Below are positions 10,035-18,546 of a stretch of DNA of 64,000 nt, piece by piece (the first letter of the stretch is position 1; the number at the start of each line of letters is the position of its first letter). Origin of the DNA: Ostreococcus lucimarinus (taxonomy: Eukaryota); NCBI GenBank assembly GCA_000092065.1, contig CP000590.1; one strand, written 5' to 3'. Under the pieces are notes generated by a model. The model was not told the origin of the DNA, did not search any database, and worked only from the letters and a program-made list of their open reading frames with translations. A program made the translations under genes and the position numbers.

Positions 10035-12182
10035 CTAATCTAATTGCGTTGTCCAATCGCACGGCTCGTACATTTTAAGAAATGCTTCCATCTCGTCGCG
10101 CAAAAGCGCCGGGGCAAGCGGTCGCTGCTTTGCATCTGTAAGATGTTCTGGTAAATTTAGAAGCCCGATGAGTATGTTCCGACCGAAATTACGATTCCAC
10201 TTGCTTTCGTCGTCGATAACATGAACGAACCCCCCTTGCATTCCAAACTCGACATGTGTATATGGGAAGTTCGCAGGGATGGTGCTTCTCAGACCTTTTG
10301 GTGGTGCCGTTGACAAGCATTTCTTCGCGTCGTGCGTCGACCATTCAGACTCACACTCATCTATCTCTTTGCGGAAGTACATTTTGGCTTTCTCGCTCAT
10401 CTCCTGCGGTATCGGAATACACTCGACGACGGCGTGCATTCCCCCGTGTCCGAATTTCATCGCCGTCTCGATGAAGCAACAAGCCTTACCCTCTTGCGCG
10501 AACATTCTCACCAAGCACTTTTTGAAGTTTCTCATCTCTTCCCAAACATCTTCATCCACGGCTCGCGAAGACTGCGCATGCGCGATGGGCGCGATGAGGC
10601 AGTGCCCGGGGACGAGTCGGCCATGCGGAGGAAGCATAAGATACGCTAAATTACCGTATGCCACATGCAGGTGCTTCGGTTTGTTGGGTGCATCCATACA
10701 GAACAAGCACTTGTTGTGCAGTGCCTGCGCTCGCTTGAAATCTCGTACAGCCTGCTCCTTTGCGCGAGCCTGCTGCTTCGCGCCGGACCACTTCTTGTTG
10801 CGCGATTCGTACATTTCCAAGCCTCCGTCGTGGTCGTACTCATCGTCGACATCTAACTCTTTACCCCTATATCTCTTGTGACGCGCAATGTTATCCGCCA
10901 AATTGCGATCGTAATCGTTCGTACCCTCGTACTTTTGTTCAGCGACTAAGTCGCGCAACGACTTGCCATCGTCGTCGGCGAAGTATCGTGACCGCTCGCC
11001 ATCGTCAAACCTTTGCGTCGTTTTCGGTGCTCGACGAACCTGTCCTTCGGCGACATTCGCCCCGCCCTTGACCGTGGTGTTCCTACCGAACGCGCCCGGA
11101 GCCGCACGGCCGTCTGCCGTAACCATCGGCAGCGCCTCGATCAAAGCTTCCTCAGTCTTTGCTTGCGATTTGCCGCCAAACAGTCTCGCTTTGAGCGCTG
11201 CCGCAGCGGACATGTTCGTCGAGCCGTGCTGAACCAAGTTTCTACTTTCAGGAACGGGTCGTCTGGTGGGCGGAAGTTCTCGAGCGGCACGTGGAAGCTC
11301 CCGCTCAAAGTTTGTAGGTTTGGCGTCGTACTTCGAAACTTTGTGAAATTCATCCATGAACGATCCATCGGACGCGAACTTGTTCTTCGTCTCGAGCGCC
11401 GAATTGATAAGCTGTTTATCTTCCGCGCGCAACCGCTCAGACTCTTGCGGGCGTCCATCGTCGCGAGGTCTGTGACGCGCGCCGAAAGTCTCTGGCACCT
11501 GCATGCGAGCGCCGTCTTCACCGCCGCCGCGCTGCCTTCCTCCAGCCCTACCTCGGCGGGCGTGTAAATGCGCCTTGCCGTGTGCTGCACTATCACCAAT
11601 ACTACAAACAAGCTCATTCACCGAACCCCAATGTTCGCTTACGACCTCGTTGACGTTTCTACCTTCCGCCGCGGCGCGCTCTTGCGCTCGACGGAGCGCT
11701 TTGAGTCGCCAGCTCGCACCTCCATCGCCCACTACGCTCATAGGCGCCGTGGATGCGACGGGAGCATCGCCACCATCTCCGCGCATTTGTGGATTCAGTT
11801 CGCGCGACGCGACAATCTTCGCCGCTCTTTCCTCCTCCTTGCGCCGCTCGGCCTCTTTGCCTTCATCAGCTCGCGACCTCGCCTTGGACGCGAGCGCTGC
11901 AGAGAAGAAGTCCGACTGCTCGGCTGGCGCGTCCGCGTCCGTCGCCTGTTGTGGCGATATCGGCCGCTCTCGTGCGCCTTCGTGTACCCGTGTGCGCTCT
12001 TCGCTCGCCGATGCGCTCGTCGAATCTCTTCGCCGCCTTTCGGTGGCATCTTCTTCGCTCGCGTCCCGTTCGGCGCGTCTTTGCTTCTTGGACTTGCTCT
12101 CCTTCTTGCGCGATTTCCGGTCGTCACGTTTCCTCTCCTTCCTCGTCTCGCGCTCGTCCGTGAACGCCAGTCCAGACAACAT
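10035..12182 (-). CDS. CWF19L2: CWF19-like protein 2 (CwfJ C-terminal domains 1 and 2; spliceosome-associated), 715 aa
   Basis: ATG verified (cat at 12180-12182). The N-terminus is K/R/E-rich. The C-terminus HLHVAYGNLAYLMLPPHGRLVPGHCLIAPIAHAQS...CCFIETAMKFGHGGMHAVVECIPIP...FPYTHVEFGMQGGFVHVIDDE matches CwfJ_C_1/CwfJ_C_2 (HIT-like). Confidence 0.85.
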   Translation of the reverse strand: MLSGLAFTDERETRKERKRDDRKSRKKESKSKKQRRAERDASEEDATERRRRDSTSASASEERTRVHEGARERPISPQQATDADAPAEQSDFFSAALASKARSRADEGKEAERRKEEERAAKIVASRELNPQMRGDGGDAPVASTAPMSVVGDGGASWRLKALRRAQERAAAEGRNVNEVVSEHWGSVNELVCSIGDSAAHGKAHLHARRGRAGGRQRGGGEDGARMQVPETFGARHRPRDDGRPQESERLRAEDKQLINSALETKNKFASDGSFMDEFHKVSKYDAKPTNFERELPRAARELPPTRRPVPESRNLVQHGSTNMSAAAALKARLFGGKSQAKTEEALIEALPMVTADGRAAPGAFGRNTTVKGGANVAEGQVRRAPKTTQRFDDGERSRYFADDDGKSLRDLVAEQKYEGTNDYDRNLADNIARHKRYRGKELDVDDEYDHDGGLEMYESRNKKWSGAKQQARAKEQAVRDFKRAQALHNKCLFCMDAPNKPKHLHVAYGNLAYLMLPPHGRLVPGHCLIAPIAHAQSSRAVDEDVWEEMRNFKKCLVRMFAQEGKACCFIETAMKFGHGGMHAVVECIPIPQEMSEKAKMYFRKEIDECESEWSTHDAKKCLSTAPPKGLRSTIPANFPYTHVEFGMQGGFVHVIDDESKWNRNFGRNILIGLLNLPEHLTDAKQRPLAPALLRDEMEAFLKMYEPCDWTTQLD

Positions 12183-13431
12183 GGCGACGCGGCGCGGCGT
12201 ATTGTGGATGGTTGCGCCAAATGCGCGCGTCAGACCGACGCGCGCGATGTCGACACCGATCGTCGCGCCGAGCGCCGTGGCGGCACCGTCGAGCAGGTAC
12301 TCGCCTCATCATCGACGCGGGACGAGCGGAGAGGCGGCGAGCACGCGCGCGGCGACGTTCGGGGCGCGACGCGCACGAGCACGTGCGCAACGCGCGACGA
12401 GCACGAGCGCGGCGACGGTGGAGCAGGCGAGAGCGCAAGCGAAAGAAACGACGAGGACGTACGCTCGGTCGTTCTACTGGGCGTCGCAGTTTATGACCAA
12501 GGGGCGCGAGGATGCGTACGCGTTGTACTGCTGGTGTCGCGAACTGGATGAAATCGTCGACGGCGCAGACGGCGCGGACGAGGAGAGACGCGCCAAGCTC
12601 AACCGTTCTGAAGCAAACTTGGAGGCGATGTTTCGAAAAGGAACGCTCACAGAGCCATCGTACGCTGATGTCGCTTTGAGCGATACACTGGCGCGCGTGG
12701 AAGGACTACGTATCGGGCCTTTCAAAGACATGATATCGGGAATGAGACGCGACATCGACGACGCGCGTTTCGAGCGTGTCGAAGACGTCCTGAACTATGC
12801 GTACCAAGTCGCCGGAACTGTCGCGTTGATGATTCTACCGATTTTGACGCTAGGTTCGGTCGACGACGAGCAGAAGGCGGCGAAACGTGAAGAAAGAGGA
12901 GTCGCATTAGGCATCGCGTTGCAGTTGACCAACATCGTGCGAGATGTGGGTGAAGACGCGAGGCAGAGGGGAAGAGTTTATATCGCGGACGAGGATTTGA
13001 AATTATTCGAGCTGACTCGCGACGACGTCCTTAGTATGAAAACGCCGACGACGAATTACATGGCGCTCATAGAGTATCAAATCCAGCGCGCTCTATTCTA
13101 CTATTCGAAAGCGCTCGAAGGCATCGATCTTTTGCCACCACTGGCGCGACCGCCGACGAAGTTAATCGCCGGGCTTTATCAAAGAATTGCATTTGCCGTT
13201 CGCGAAAACGATTACGATAACTTGAGTAAACGAGCGTTTTCTTCAACATACGAGAAGCTTACGTTGACGCCAAAGCTTTTGCTCGACTCATTCTTGCCCG
13301 GAGGCGGCATAAACGAAAGCGACGTGGTTGTTGATTTTAGCGACGCGAGTGCTGAGGCATCCATTTATCGCGCACAGGTGTGCAAACGATTTGTAGCCGC
13401 GAGGGTTGGGACGCGACGAGTGGGATCGTAA
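12181..13431 (+). CDS. PSY: Phytoene synthase (plastid-targeted), about 416 aa
   Basis: The ATG at 12181-12183 is the first in-frame ATG after the antisense-shadow part of track ORF 11503..13431. Motifs YCWCRELDEIVDG and QLTNIVRDVGEDARQRGRVYIADEDL match the PSY signatures (..WCRRTDELVDG.. and ..RDVGEDARRGRVYLP..). The N-terminus is S/A/R-rich and transit-peptide-like. TGTAA lies about 27 nt after the stop. Confidence 0.9.
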   Translation: MATRRGVLWMVAPNARVRPTRAMSTPIVAPSAVAAPSSRYSPHHRRGTSGEAASTRAATFGARRARARAQRATSTSAATVEQARAQAKETTRTYARSFYWASQFMTKGREDAYALYCWCRELDEIVDGADGADEERRAKLNRSEANLEAMFRKGTLTEPSYADVALSDTLARVEGLRIGPFKDMISGMRRDIDDARFERVEDVLNYAYQVAGTVALMILPILTLGSVDDEQKAAKREERGVALGIALQLTNIVRDVGEDARQRGRVYIADEDLKLFELTRDDVLSMKTPTTNYMALIEYQIQRALFYYSKALEGIDLLPPLARPPTKLIAGLYQRIAFAVRENDYDNLSKRAFSSTYEKLTLTPKLLLDSFLPGGGINESDVVVDFSDASAEASIYRAQVCKRFVAARVGTRRVGS

Positions 13432-13489
13432 ATCGTTCGATGGAATTCATAGTCGATGTAACTGAAGCGAAGTGATAATTCGCTAAATT

Positions 13490-14764
13490 CTAAAACGGAA
13501 CAAACTTTCGCGCCACCGCAACAAAGATTCGGGGAATCAGAGGCTTTTCGTCGAACGTATCCTGCAAACGTCGACCAAAAATGCAGTTCGTGATATCATC
13601 GAGCAAGATATCTCGACCAAGGATCGGATCAGTGACGAAAGGGTCGGTGTGCGTCTTGTCCGGGTAGTAGCGCTCGTCCACCGCGATGCCAACATTTTTC
13701 AACGCGCGAGCAAACATCTTTGATTGCTCTGGCGGCGCCGACGTGTCCGCCTCACCGTGACAGAGCATGACGGGCGGTATGATTCTCACGTTTTGTCTCA
13801 CGTCGTACTCGCGTAAGATTGAAACCGGCGACGCGCGAGGAAGAGCCTCCGCAGCGCGTGCGCCTGAAAATCCAGCCTCCATGATTGACCAAAACACGTT
13901 CTTGTACAGGCCTTGACGATGGACGTGCTCGATGAGCGCCTCGTCGTCCGGGGCGTACACGCCGGATATTCCTATGAATTTCGAAATCGCTGCAGGCGAC
14001 CACGAGCACGGCCCGGCGACACCGCCGTCGCGTTGCGACCGCGACGTCCACTCCGTTTGTCGCAACAACGCCGTCGCCGAGATGTGCGCCCCCGCGGATT
14101 GTCCGACGATGACGACGCGTCTCTTATCCCCTCCCAGCGCCTCTAAGCGCTCGAGAACCCAGCCTATACCGTTTCCCACGTCTGCGATCATGTCTCCAAC
14201 CGTACCTTGTGGGAAGTTTCTATAATCTAAGGACGCCACAATCACCCCTCGTCGCGCCAAACGCTGCGCCAGGAGGGCGCCCCACGCCTTGTAACCGATA
14301 ATCCACATTCCACCCGTCACGAAGATCACCACCGGTTTCCGTTCATCTTCGCTCCAATCGTCGTCATCTTGCGTTTTATCTCTCTCGCTTCGCCCGATCG
14401 CGCGTTTCCTCCGTCGTCGTCCTCGCGCTCCGCCATCGTTCGGAAAGTATAAATCCAGCGCGTTTCTCCCCGCGGTTCCGTACGCGACGCCGCGTTCGAT
14501 GTTGGCGTCGGTCAAGTACGTCCACGCGACGCGCACGAAGGCGGGTGACAACACCGCGGCGTACACGATCAATCCCATGAGCTTGAACACCCACGCGATG
14601 GTTGAATATCTCGACAGCCGTATCGTCAGTCGCACGACGAGCGCCAACTGGCGACAAGTTTGCCGCGGTCGACGCGCGATGACGACGAAGAAGACGGCCA
14701 AGGCGAACACGCGCGCGGTGCCGAACGTGGACGTCGACGTCGACGCGGACGCGTTCGTCACCAT
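13490..14764 (-). CDS. ICME: Alpha/beta-hydrolase, isoprenylcysteine alpha-carbonyl methylesterase (ICME)-like, with N-terminal transmembrane segments, about 424 aa
   Basis: The track ORF begins with GTG at 14875. The first ATG is at 14764 (MVTNASAS..). VVIFVTGGMWIIGYKAWGALLAQRLARRGVIVASLDYRNFPQGTVGDMIADVGNGIGWV...RVVIVGQSAGAHISATALL closely resembles plant ICME (GGAWIIGYKAWG..DYRNFPQGT..GQSAGAHI). Confidence 0.75.
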   Translation of the reverse strand: MVTNASASTSTSTFGTARVFALAVFFVVIARRPRQTCRQLALVVRLTIRLSRYSTIAWVFKLMGLIVYAAVLSPAFVRVAWTYLTDANIERGVAYGTAGRNALDLYFPNDGGARGRRRRKRAIGRSERDKTQDDDDWSEDERKPVVIFVTGGMWIIGYKAWGALLAQRLARRGVIVASLDYRNFPQGTVGDMIADVGNGIGWVLERLEALGGDKRRVVIVGQSAGAHISATALLRQTEWTSRSQRDGGVAGPCSWSPAAISKFIGISGVYAPDDEALIEHVHRQGLYKNVFWSIMEAGFSGARAAEALPRASPVSILREYDVRQNVRIIPPVMLCHGEADTSAPPEQSKMFARALKNVGIAVDERYYPDKTHTDPFVTDPILGRDILLDDITNCIFGRRLQDTFDEKPLIPRIFVAVARKFVPF

Positions 14765-15007
14765 CGTGAATCGCTTCACGACCGACGACGGCACCGCGCA
14801 CGCGCGCGCGCGGACGCGTCTCGATGTGATGCGAAGGGTCGCGTTCCAACGCACCCCAATTGGCGCGGCAACCACCCGTCCGCTGACCGTCGTCCACGTC
14901 GTCGTCGTCAGTCCTCGGATCGAAGCGGTTCGTCGTGCATCGCGGCACCGCGAGACGCGCGTCGACGATTCGCTCGAAGATTACCATCGCGACGCGCGTC
15001 GTTCGCG

Positions 15008-15481
15008 ATGTGGACGGCGTACGCGCGCGTCGCGAGCGTCGTCGAGAATGCGCTCGGCATCAACTTTCACGCCTTTGTCGCGTGCGTGACGCTCGTCATC
15101 GCGCTCACGTACCCGAAACTCGCCAAAAGCGTGAGCGATCGTCTAGACAGTCGAGCGATGAACGATCGAGAGCGATTGGAGCGGTATCAAAGAAACCGAC
15201 AGCGCGCGTTGGAGAAGCGAGAGGAAGAGTTGAGACGCGCGGCGAGCGAAACCAAAGGAGGAAAGGCGGAATTGGACCGCGCGGCGGCGTTGGAGGCAAA
15301 ATTGGCCGAAATCGACGCCAAGGCTGCGCGATTGGGGTTGACGGCGAACGGTAAGGGCAGAAAACTGGGTGATAGTGGACCATCGAGGCCGGAGTGGAAT
15401 CCTTTAATGGGCGGCGGCGCTTCGCGAGGATATCGGCCCACTGGGCGACCGAGGCCGGGAGGTGGCGGATGAGGGCGGTAA
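15008..15481 (+). CDS. SELENOS: Selenoprotein S (SELENOS/VIMP) homologue with an in-frame UGA (Sec) at 15470-15472, followed by Gly-Arg and TAA at 15479-15481. About 157 aa including Sec.
   Basis: ATG at 15008 is verified. There is a single TM helix (HAFVACVTLVIALTYPKLAK), a coiled coil (ERLERYQRNRQRALEKREEELRR) and a Gly/Pro/Arg-rich tail WNPLMGGGASRGYRPTGRPRPGGGG-[TGA]-GR-[TAA]. Human SelS ends ..[27 protein letters not shown]. A penultimate or antepenultimate Sec in a GG_G context is the family hallmark. ATGA...AA...GA SECIS-like motifs occur in the 285-nt 3' region but were not folded. Confidence 0.75.
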
Positions 15482-15766
15482 GCCACGACGAGCGACGTCG
15501 TGGCGCCGTGAAACGATGAGGAGGAGGAGACTTAATTCCATGCGAGGTGACGTGACGCTGACGAGCGAAAGATTGAACTTAAATCAGCTCATTGGCCGAT
15601 TACGCTTCGCGAACCGCGACAGGTGTATGGTTTGTATACGATGTAAAACATGAACTTCGACGCCACCGTGCATTCCACGCGATATCTTGACTACTTGCTA
15701 CTTGCTATTCTCGCAATACGGCTATGCTACAACGATTGATGGAGAGAAGAAAAACCTGGGGACGCG

Positions 15767-17395
15767 TCACGTCAACTCTCGATCCGGCGACGCTATCGCC
15801 AAATGTTGAAGTACAGTCTCTGGCGTGCACGGATTCTCGACAAGAATCAGGTGGAAACATCCAACTCCACTATCCCACTCGTCATCCGAGATATCGATGA
15901 CGACGTCGCCGTCGACGATGCGCTCTCGACGACCGCCGACATAGGCGACGTAAAATTCAGGCCTCGGGATTTCGTTTGGACTCAAACCAAGCGTTGCTAT
16001 GCGATCGGCGATGGAGTTCATGGTACCCTCGAACATGGCTTCCCAATCGCGGACGAAGTGCGTGTTAAACGGATTCGCTTGCGTTCTCGGGCGAAGTATG
16101 TGCGTCAACGTGATTGCGGCGCCAAAGTCTATGAGTTCACCGAGCAGGTAGCGAACCCACGCGTCGTCTTCGAGGAAGAGTTCTGTCACGGATGAGGTAA
16201 TTTTCGCAGCGACGTACCAGAAGACCAGTCCTTGCATGCGCCTAAATATAAGCTCTTTTGCCTCCACGACGTGTGCATCTCCCGGATTTTGCGAGTGCGA
16301 GATCATCAAATGTTGCAGCCGCAGCGATTTAAGATTTCTAGTCGCGTTCGCCACCGTCGTGGCGAGCAATCCCGGGTATGCTAGATAAAACCCAATCAAA
16401 ACGAGCGATGAAAACATCGTTCGACACAAAATATTTACCCCAAACATTCCAAAGAAAAAGGTGTTCGTCACGAACACTTCCCATGACTCCATTCGACGCC
16501 GCGTGATGAGCCAACCGTAGGAGACGATTATCCAGGTGCAGAAAAACGTCGACTGATTCAAGGAGAGACAGCCTATGAACATGAGCGCCTCCGTGCCCCC
16601 GCCCGTGGGAGCGTCAAAATTCGATTTCGACAGCGGTAATCCTGCACCCGTGTTCTCGGCGTTTATCCAAAACCTGTTTGCCGCGATGAGCCACACCAGA
16701 CGCGTCACGACTGGCGCCAGCAGCAAGACGTGAAGCCACGTCAACGCGTCTCGTCTCTTCCAAAAGTACGCCCCTTTGACGGCGAACACGATGACCCAAA
16801 TGATGATAAATCCCGCAAACATCCGCGCCGCTGGTGCGTATTCAAACCCCACGTGCCCACTCTTCGGATTCAACTTCACGAACGTCCCCGAGAAATCCAC
16901 CTGCGCGTTGGCGTCGCACAGCACCACAATCGTGACTTCGCGAGACTTTTGCGTCTTCGTGATCCTCACCGTTTGTTGGTTCGACAGTAGCGCGGCTTGA
17001 CACCCACGCGTGGCCACGTAATCCGCCGCTATCATGGCCGCACACGTCTGAGAGCCCAGTCCTCCCGCGTCCAAGGGCGCTTGTAGCTCGCCCTTCGGAC
17101 ACGACACCGCCCACACCTTGGCGCTCGCGGGCGTGATTTCGTGCGCGGTGACGTCCAAGGTCCCACCTTTGGCGAACCCGAACGTCGAGATCTCCGCGCT
17201 CGCCGTCGCGGTCGCGGTCGAGTCTAATCGCACGCCGACGTTCGTGATCAACGCCTCGCACGTCCCGCTCGCGAGCGCCCAACACGCGAAGAAGATTGCC
17301 CCGGCGCGGGCCGTCGCGTTCGACGACGCGCTCGACGACGACGCGCGACGACGACGTCGACGTCGCTCGGAGACGACGACGCGAGCGGCGCGCAT
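15767..17395 (-). CDS. GPR107/GPR108/TMEM87-like (Lung-7TM-receptor / GOST family) protein: signal peptide, luminal domain, 7 TM helices, about 543 aa
   Basis: The first 191 codons of track ORF 15767..17968 are an R/S-rich antisense shadow. The start is taken at the ATG at 17393-17395 (MRAARVV..), which leads into a signal-like segment (AGAIFFACWALASG). A cysteine-containing luminal domain is followed by seven hydrophobic helices (FAGFIIIWVIVFAV..., LLLAPVVTRLVWLIA..., etc.). Confidence 0.6.
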   Translation of the reverse strand: MRAARVVVSERRRRRRRASSSSASSNATARAGAIFFACWALASGTCEALITNVGVRLDSTATATASAEISTFGFAKGGTLDVTAHEITPASAKVWAVSCPKGELQAPLDAGGLGSQTCAAMIAADYVATRGCQAALLSNQQTVRITKTQKSREVTIVVLCDANAQVDFSGTFVKLNPKSGHVGFEYAPAARMFAGFIIIWVIVFAVKGAYFWKRRDALTWLHVLLLAPVVTRLVWLIAANRFWINAENTGAGLPLSKSNFDAPTGGGTEALMFIGCLSLNQSTFFCTWIIVSYGWLITRRRMESWEVFVTNTFFFGMFGVNILCRTMFSSLVLIGFYLAYPGLLATTVANATRNLKSLRLQHLMISHSQNPGDAHVVEAKELIFRRMQGLVFWYVAAKITSSVTELFLEDDAWVRYLLGELIDFGAAITLTHILRPRTQANPFNTHFVRDWEAMFEGTMNSIADRIATLGLSPNEIPRPEFYVAYVGGRRERIVDGDVVIDISDDEWDSGVGCFHLILVENPCTPETVLQHLAIASPDRELT

Positions 17396-17609
17396 CGTCA
17401 CCGTCACCTGCGCGCGCGTCGCGCGTCGCGCGTCGTCCGTCGCGCGTCCGTCGCGACGCCCGCGTTCGCCAGTGACGCGCACCCGCGCGTGACGTCGCAG
17501 CGCGCCACGGCTCGAGCGCGCCACCGCAGACCGCGGCGACGGACACGACGACACGACTCGACGGATTCGCGCGCGCACTCCGACGCGCGCGAGGCCCGGG
17601 TCCCGCGAG

Positions 17610-18353
17610 ATGCGCCCAGAGACGTCGACGACGCGCGATAGATGGACCGTCGCCCTCGAAGACGCCCGCGCGTCGGCGAACGAGTGCGAAGACGCGCTGC
17701 GACGACGCGAGGCTGATGCCGAAGGCGACGACGATGGAGCGTGGTCGAAGCGCACGCTCGAGGCGCGAAGAAGCGTGAGCGGGTTGAAAACAAAACTACG
17801 CGCGTTAGAAGAGATGATCGCGCGCGATCGAACGGTGACGGCGACGACGAGCGAGGTTGAGAGAAGACAAGACGCGCTCAGAGAATTGCAGACGCGCGCG
17901 GAGGAGGCGGCGAGACTCGTGGCGAAAGGAAAGAAAAAGACGCAGCAGAAGAAAAACAACGACGACAATGACGACGGCGCTAGGCGTCGCGATCGCGCGT
18001 CTTCGTCGAATTACGACGAGGAGCGCGCGGTGCGTTCGCCGCAAGAAGTTTTACTGCTTCAACGAGAAATGCTCGACGAACAGGACGAGGCGTTGGACGA
18101 CTTATCCGTGGCGGCGGAGCGAACGAAAGACATCTCACTCGCGGTGAATGACGAGCTCGATCTCCACGCCAAGCTTTTAGACGGTTTAGAGGACGACGTC
18201 GAAGATACGCGCGGTCGTTTGCACTTGGCCTCGCGCGCGGTGAAGCGAATGATGCGACGAGGCTCCAACTGTCGGCAGTATTCCATCGTCGCTCTCGTCC
18301 TCGTCGTGTGCGTGCTCATGCTTTGCTTGATCATCAAATTGCAAGGGCCTTGA
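17610..18353 (+). CDS. Qc-SNARE (syntaxin-6/8 / SYP5-6-like): t-SNARE coiled-coil homology domain plus C-terminal TM anchor, 247 aa
   Basis: ATG at 17610 verified. The SNARE motif is EMLDEQDEALDDLSVAAERTKDISLAVNDELDLHAKLLDGLEDDVEDTRGRLHLASRAVKRMM. It is followed by the TM segment IVALVLVVCVLMLCLII and a short tail. Confidence 0.8.
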   Translation: MRPETSTTRDRWTVALEDARASANECEDALRRREADAEGDDDGAWSKRTLEARRSVSGLKTKLRALEEMIARDRTVTATTSEVERRQDALRELQTRAEEAARLVAKGKKKTQQKKNNDDNDDGARRRDRASSSNYDEERAVRSPQEVLLLQREMLDEQDEALDDLSVAAERTKDISLAVNDELDLHAKLLDGLEDDVEDTRGRLHLASRAVKRMMRRGSNCRQYSIVALVLVVCVLMLCLIIKLQGP

Positions 18354-18546
18354 CTGCTCTCTCTAGAAAGTACATTGTGTAGTAAGACGTAGCGCGTGAT
18401 AGTCCTCTCTGACGCCAACCGACTCGGGCCACTCCAGCCGAGAAAAATGTTCGAAACGACACAGCGACGCGCTCGCACCGCGTGCGGTCGCTCGTCGTCG
18501 AGCAAAGCACACAGAAAAGGCGTTCGAAGTCGTCCACGTCGTCGGC

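Noticed and set aside
15482-15766. A definitive SECIS call at about 15519-15560 or about 15722-15766
   Set aside because: ATGA..AA..GA cores are present, but hand-folding gave only short helices of about 5 bp. Without a folding tool the element cannot be asserted. It is kept as a candidate under the SelS finding.
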